A stretch of DNA of 35,231 bases from assembly GCA_031972135.1 (NCBI GenBank), contig DALYFH010000007.1, positions 1-35,231 of the forward strand, written 5' to 3'. Both the position numbers and the translations under genes were made by a program. The stretch's first letter is position 1. Every line of letters begins with the position of its first letter. The stretch comes from Candidatus Woesebacteria bacterium (GTDB taxonomy: Bacteria; Patescibacteriota; Microgenomatia; UBA1400; UBA12108). Positions 34,487 through 35,231 of this stretch are shown piece by piece. Under the pieces are notes generated by a model. The model worked only from the letters and a program-made list of their open reading frames with translations, ran no database searches and was not told the DNA's origin.

Positions 34487-35231
34487 TAAAATATTCTCCG
34501 AGCGCTAGACAAGCTGAGACTAATGATGTGGGAATTATGATCATCATCATGCGTGCAACTGACCCTCCAACCACGTTCCATTTTGCGTATAAATAACTCA
34601 TCGCTATAGTTCCAAGATAAAGAATGGCAAGGATGAGAATAGTAGTGATTTGGCTTAGGCGAAGGAGTTCTGATTTTTTTCTCCATGAGATCAAAACAGA
34701 AAATACAAATATGTAAATCAGGATTCCGTATTTAAGCCACAACGATTTATACAAAAAAGTTGAGACTTCAATGACTCTTTGCACTGGATTAGTAGATAGA
34801 AGTGTTTCTAATAACTGAGGATACGGCATTGACCCAACTGTTGCATACTCACTCATCAAGGTGTTTTTGTATCCAGACCAAAGTATTCTAAAGAGAAAAA
34901 TAATGAGAGTAGAAATAAGTAAAGGTTTGTAGTTTTTAGTCTTGACGAATATTAATAATGAGATAAGCATTGGGATGACCCAAAATGGATCATCATACCT
35001 AACGTGCTGCATAATCCCGATTAAGGTAGATCCCAAGAATAATAGCTTCGATTTTTTAGTTGCTATCCCTTCTGAAAATATAAGTATACCGACTACAAAG
35101 TAAGTAGTATAAGTAAGGTTGGTATAAGAAATGAAGGAGTGATTAAAGATGTCACCACTGATTAACACCAAGATAGTAAAGATAATTGACAATACTTTGG
35201 ATACTTTTTGGCTCAAAAAGCCGTAGATAAA
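34473..35231 (-). CDS. polytopic membrane protein of unknown family; the reading frame is open to the right edge, so it may be 5'-truncated
   Basis: About 8 hydrophobic segments. The track start at 35216 is TTG. The codons 35217..35231 in the same frame contain no stop, so the true start may lie outside the window. Confidence 0.5.
   Translation of the reverse strand, partial: FIYGFLSQKVSKVLSIIFTILVLISGDIFNHSFISYTNLTYTTYFVVGILIFSEGIATKKSKLLFLGSTLIGIMQHVRYDDPFWVIPMLISLLIFVKTKNYKPLLISTLIIFLFRILWSGYKNTLMSEYATVGSMPYPQLLETLLSTNPVQRVIEVSTFLYKSLWLKYGILIYIFVFSVLISWRKKSELLRLSQITTILILAILYLGTIAMSYLYAKWNVVGGSVARMMMIIIPTSLVSACLALGEYFNEKK

Noticed and set aside
2005-34508. All plus-strand ORFs in the track: 2005..2202, 4008..4220, 5650..5979, 6551..6856, 8002..8229, 10516..10755, 11839..12207, 12123..12374, 13621..13890, 14423..14647, 14738..14941, 14907..15104, 15140..15472, 17878..18150, 19129..19509, 20552..20854, 21822..22052, 22488..22736, 23111..23329, 26011..26214, 27586..27888, 30456..30758, 31937..32233, 33516..33716 and 34323..34508.
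   Set aside because: Each lies entirely or almost entirely antisense to a minus-strand gene with strong family motifs. They are short (61-126 aa), Ser/Arg/Leu/Cys-rich and low in complexity, as expected from antisense frames. None has a recognisable motif.
5512-34686. Nested minus-strand ORFs in alternative frames: 5512..5706, 19917..20162, 26962..27198 and 34486..34686.
   Set aside because: They sit inside larger, well-supported CDS in a different frame. Their composition is Arg/Cys/Ser-rich and shows no motifs.
1-35231. CRISPR arrays, tRNA/rRNA genes, transposases, integrases, prophage genes, or direct or inverted terminal repeats flanking the low-GC block.
   Set aside because: Virtually the whole window is covered by the 34 CDS, and no gap exceeds ~60 nt. 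No ORF has recombinase or transposase motifs. By eye I found no repeated spacer-like arrays or long inverted repeats. A computational repeat search is still needed to be certain.
1-35231. An alternative genetic code (UGA recoded, as in some candidate phyla).
   Set aside because: TGA serves as the stop in six verified ATGA junctions. All family-recognisable proteins are full-length under the standard bacterial code.

Overview
This 35.2-kb window carries 34 credible CDS, all on the minus strand. I found no rRNA, tRNA, CRISPR array, transposase or integrase. All plus-strand ORFs in the track are antisense shadows of well-supported genes.

The left 2 kb is housekeeping: the 5' part of glyQS (running off the edge), a small orphan ORF, and a compact recO.

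From 2079 to the right edge lies one ~33-kb, almost gap-free surface-glycan biosynthesis locus of 31 genes:
- Initiation and transport: a DUF4012-like anchored protein, a priming polyprenyl-phosphate sugar-phosphotransferase, a Wzx-type flippase and a Wzy_C (O-antigen ligase/polymerase-like) protein.
- Sugar activation: a ManC-like nucleotidyltransferase, GalE and WecB.
- Glycosyltransferases: 8 GT4-type, 4 GT2-type and 4 polytopic GT-C/PMT-like, which with the priming transferase makes 17 predicted sugar-transferring enzymes.
- Decoration: a hexapeptide acetyltransferase and three methyltransferases (one FkbM-type).
- Other: a Nudix hydrolase, an EEP-family phosphoesterase and two uncharacterised membrane proteins.

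The gene content (short recO, DUF4012, many GT-C, no LPS or outer-membrane export genes) resembles a genome-reduced monoderm or Patescibacteria-like organism. That is inference only.

Features most worth follow-up:
- A 746-aa fusion of a GT4 domain to an alpha/alpha-toroid (terpene-cyclase/prenyltransferase-like) domain.
- A sharp drop in G+C from about 24-25 kb rightwards, suggesting a mosaic or acquired module.
- GT2/GT-C pairs implying extracytoplasmic glycosylation from polyprenyl-P-sugars.
- The DUF4012/priming-transferase pair in a locus that lacks any Wzz/PCP.
- Two short tandem repeats: a phased 8-mer in the only sizeable intergenic gap, and a heptamer x3 inside a GT4 gene.

I see no convincing defence, toxin or mobile system. 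The novelty here is glycobiological.
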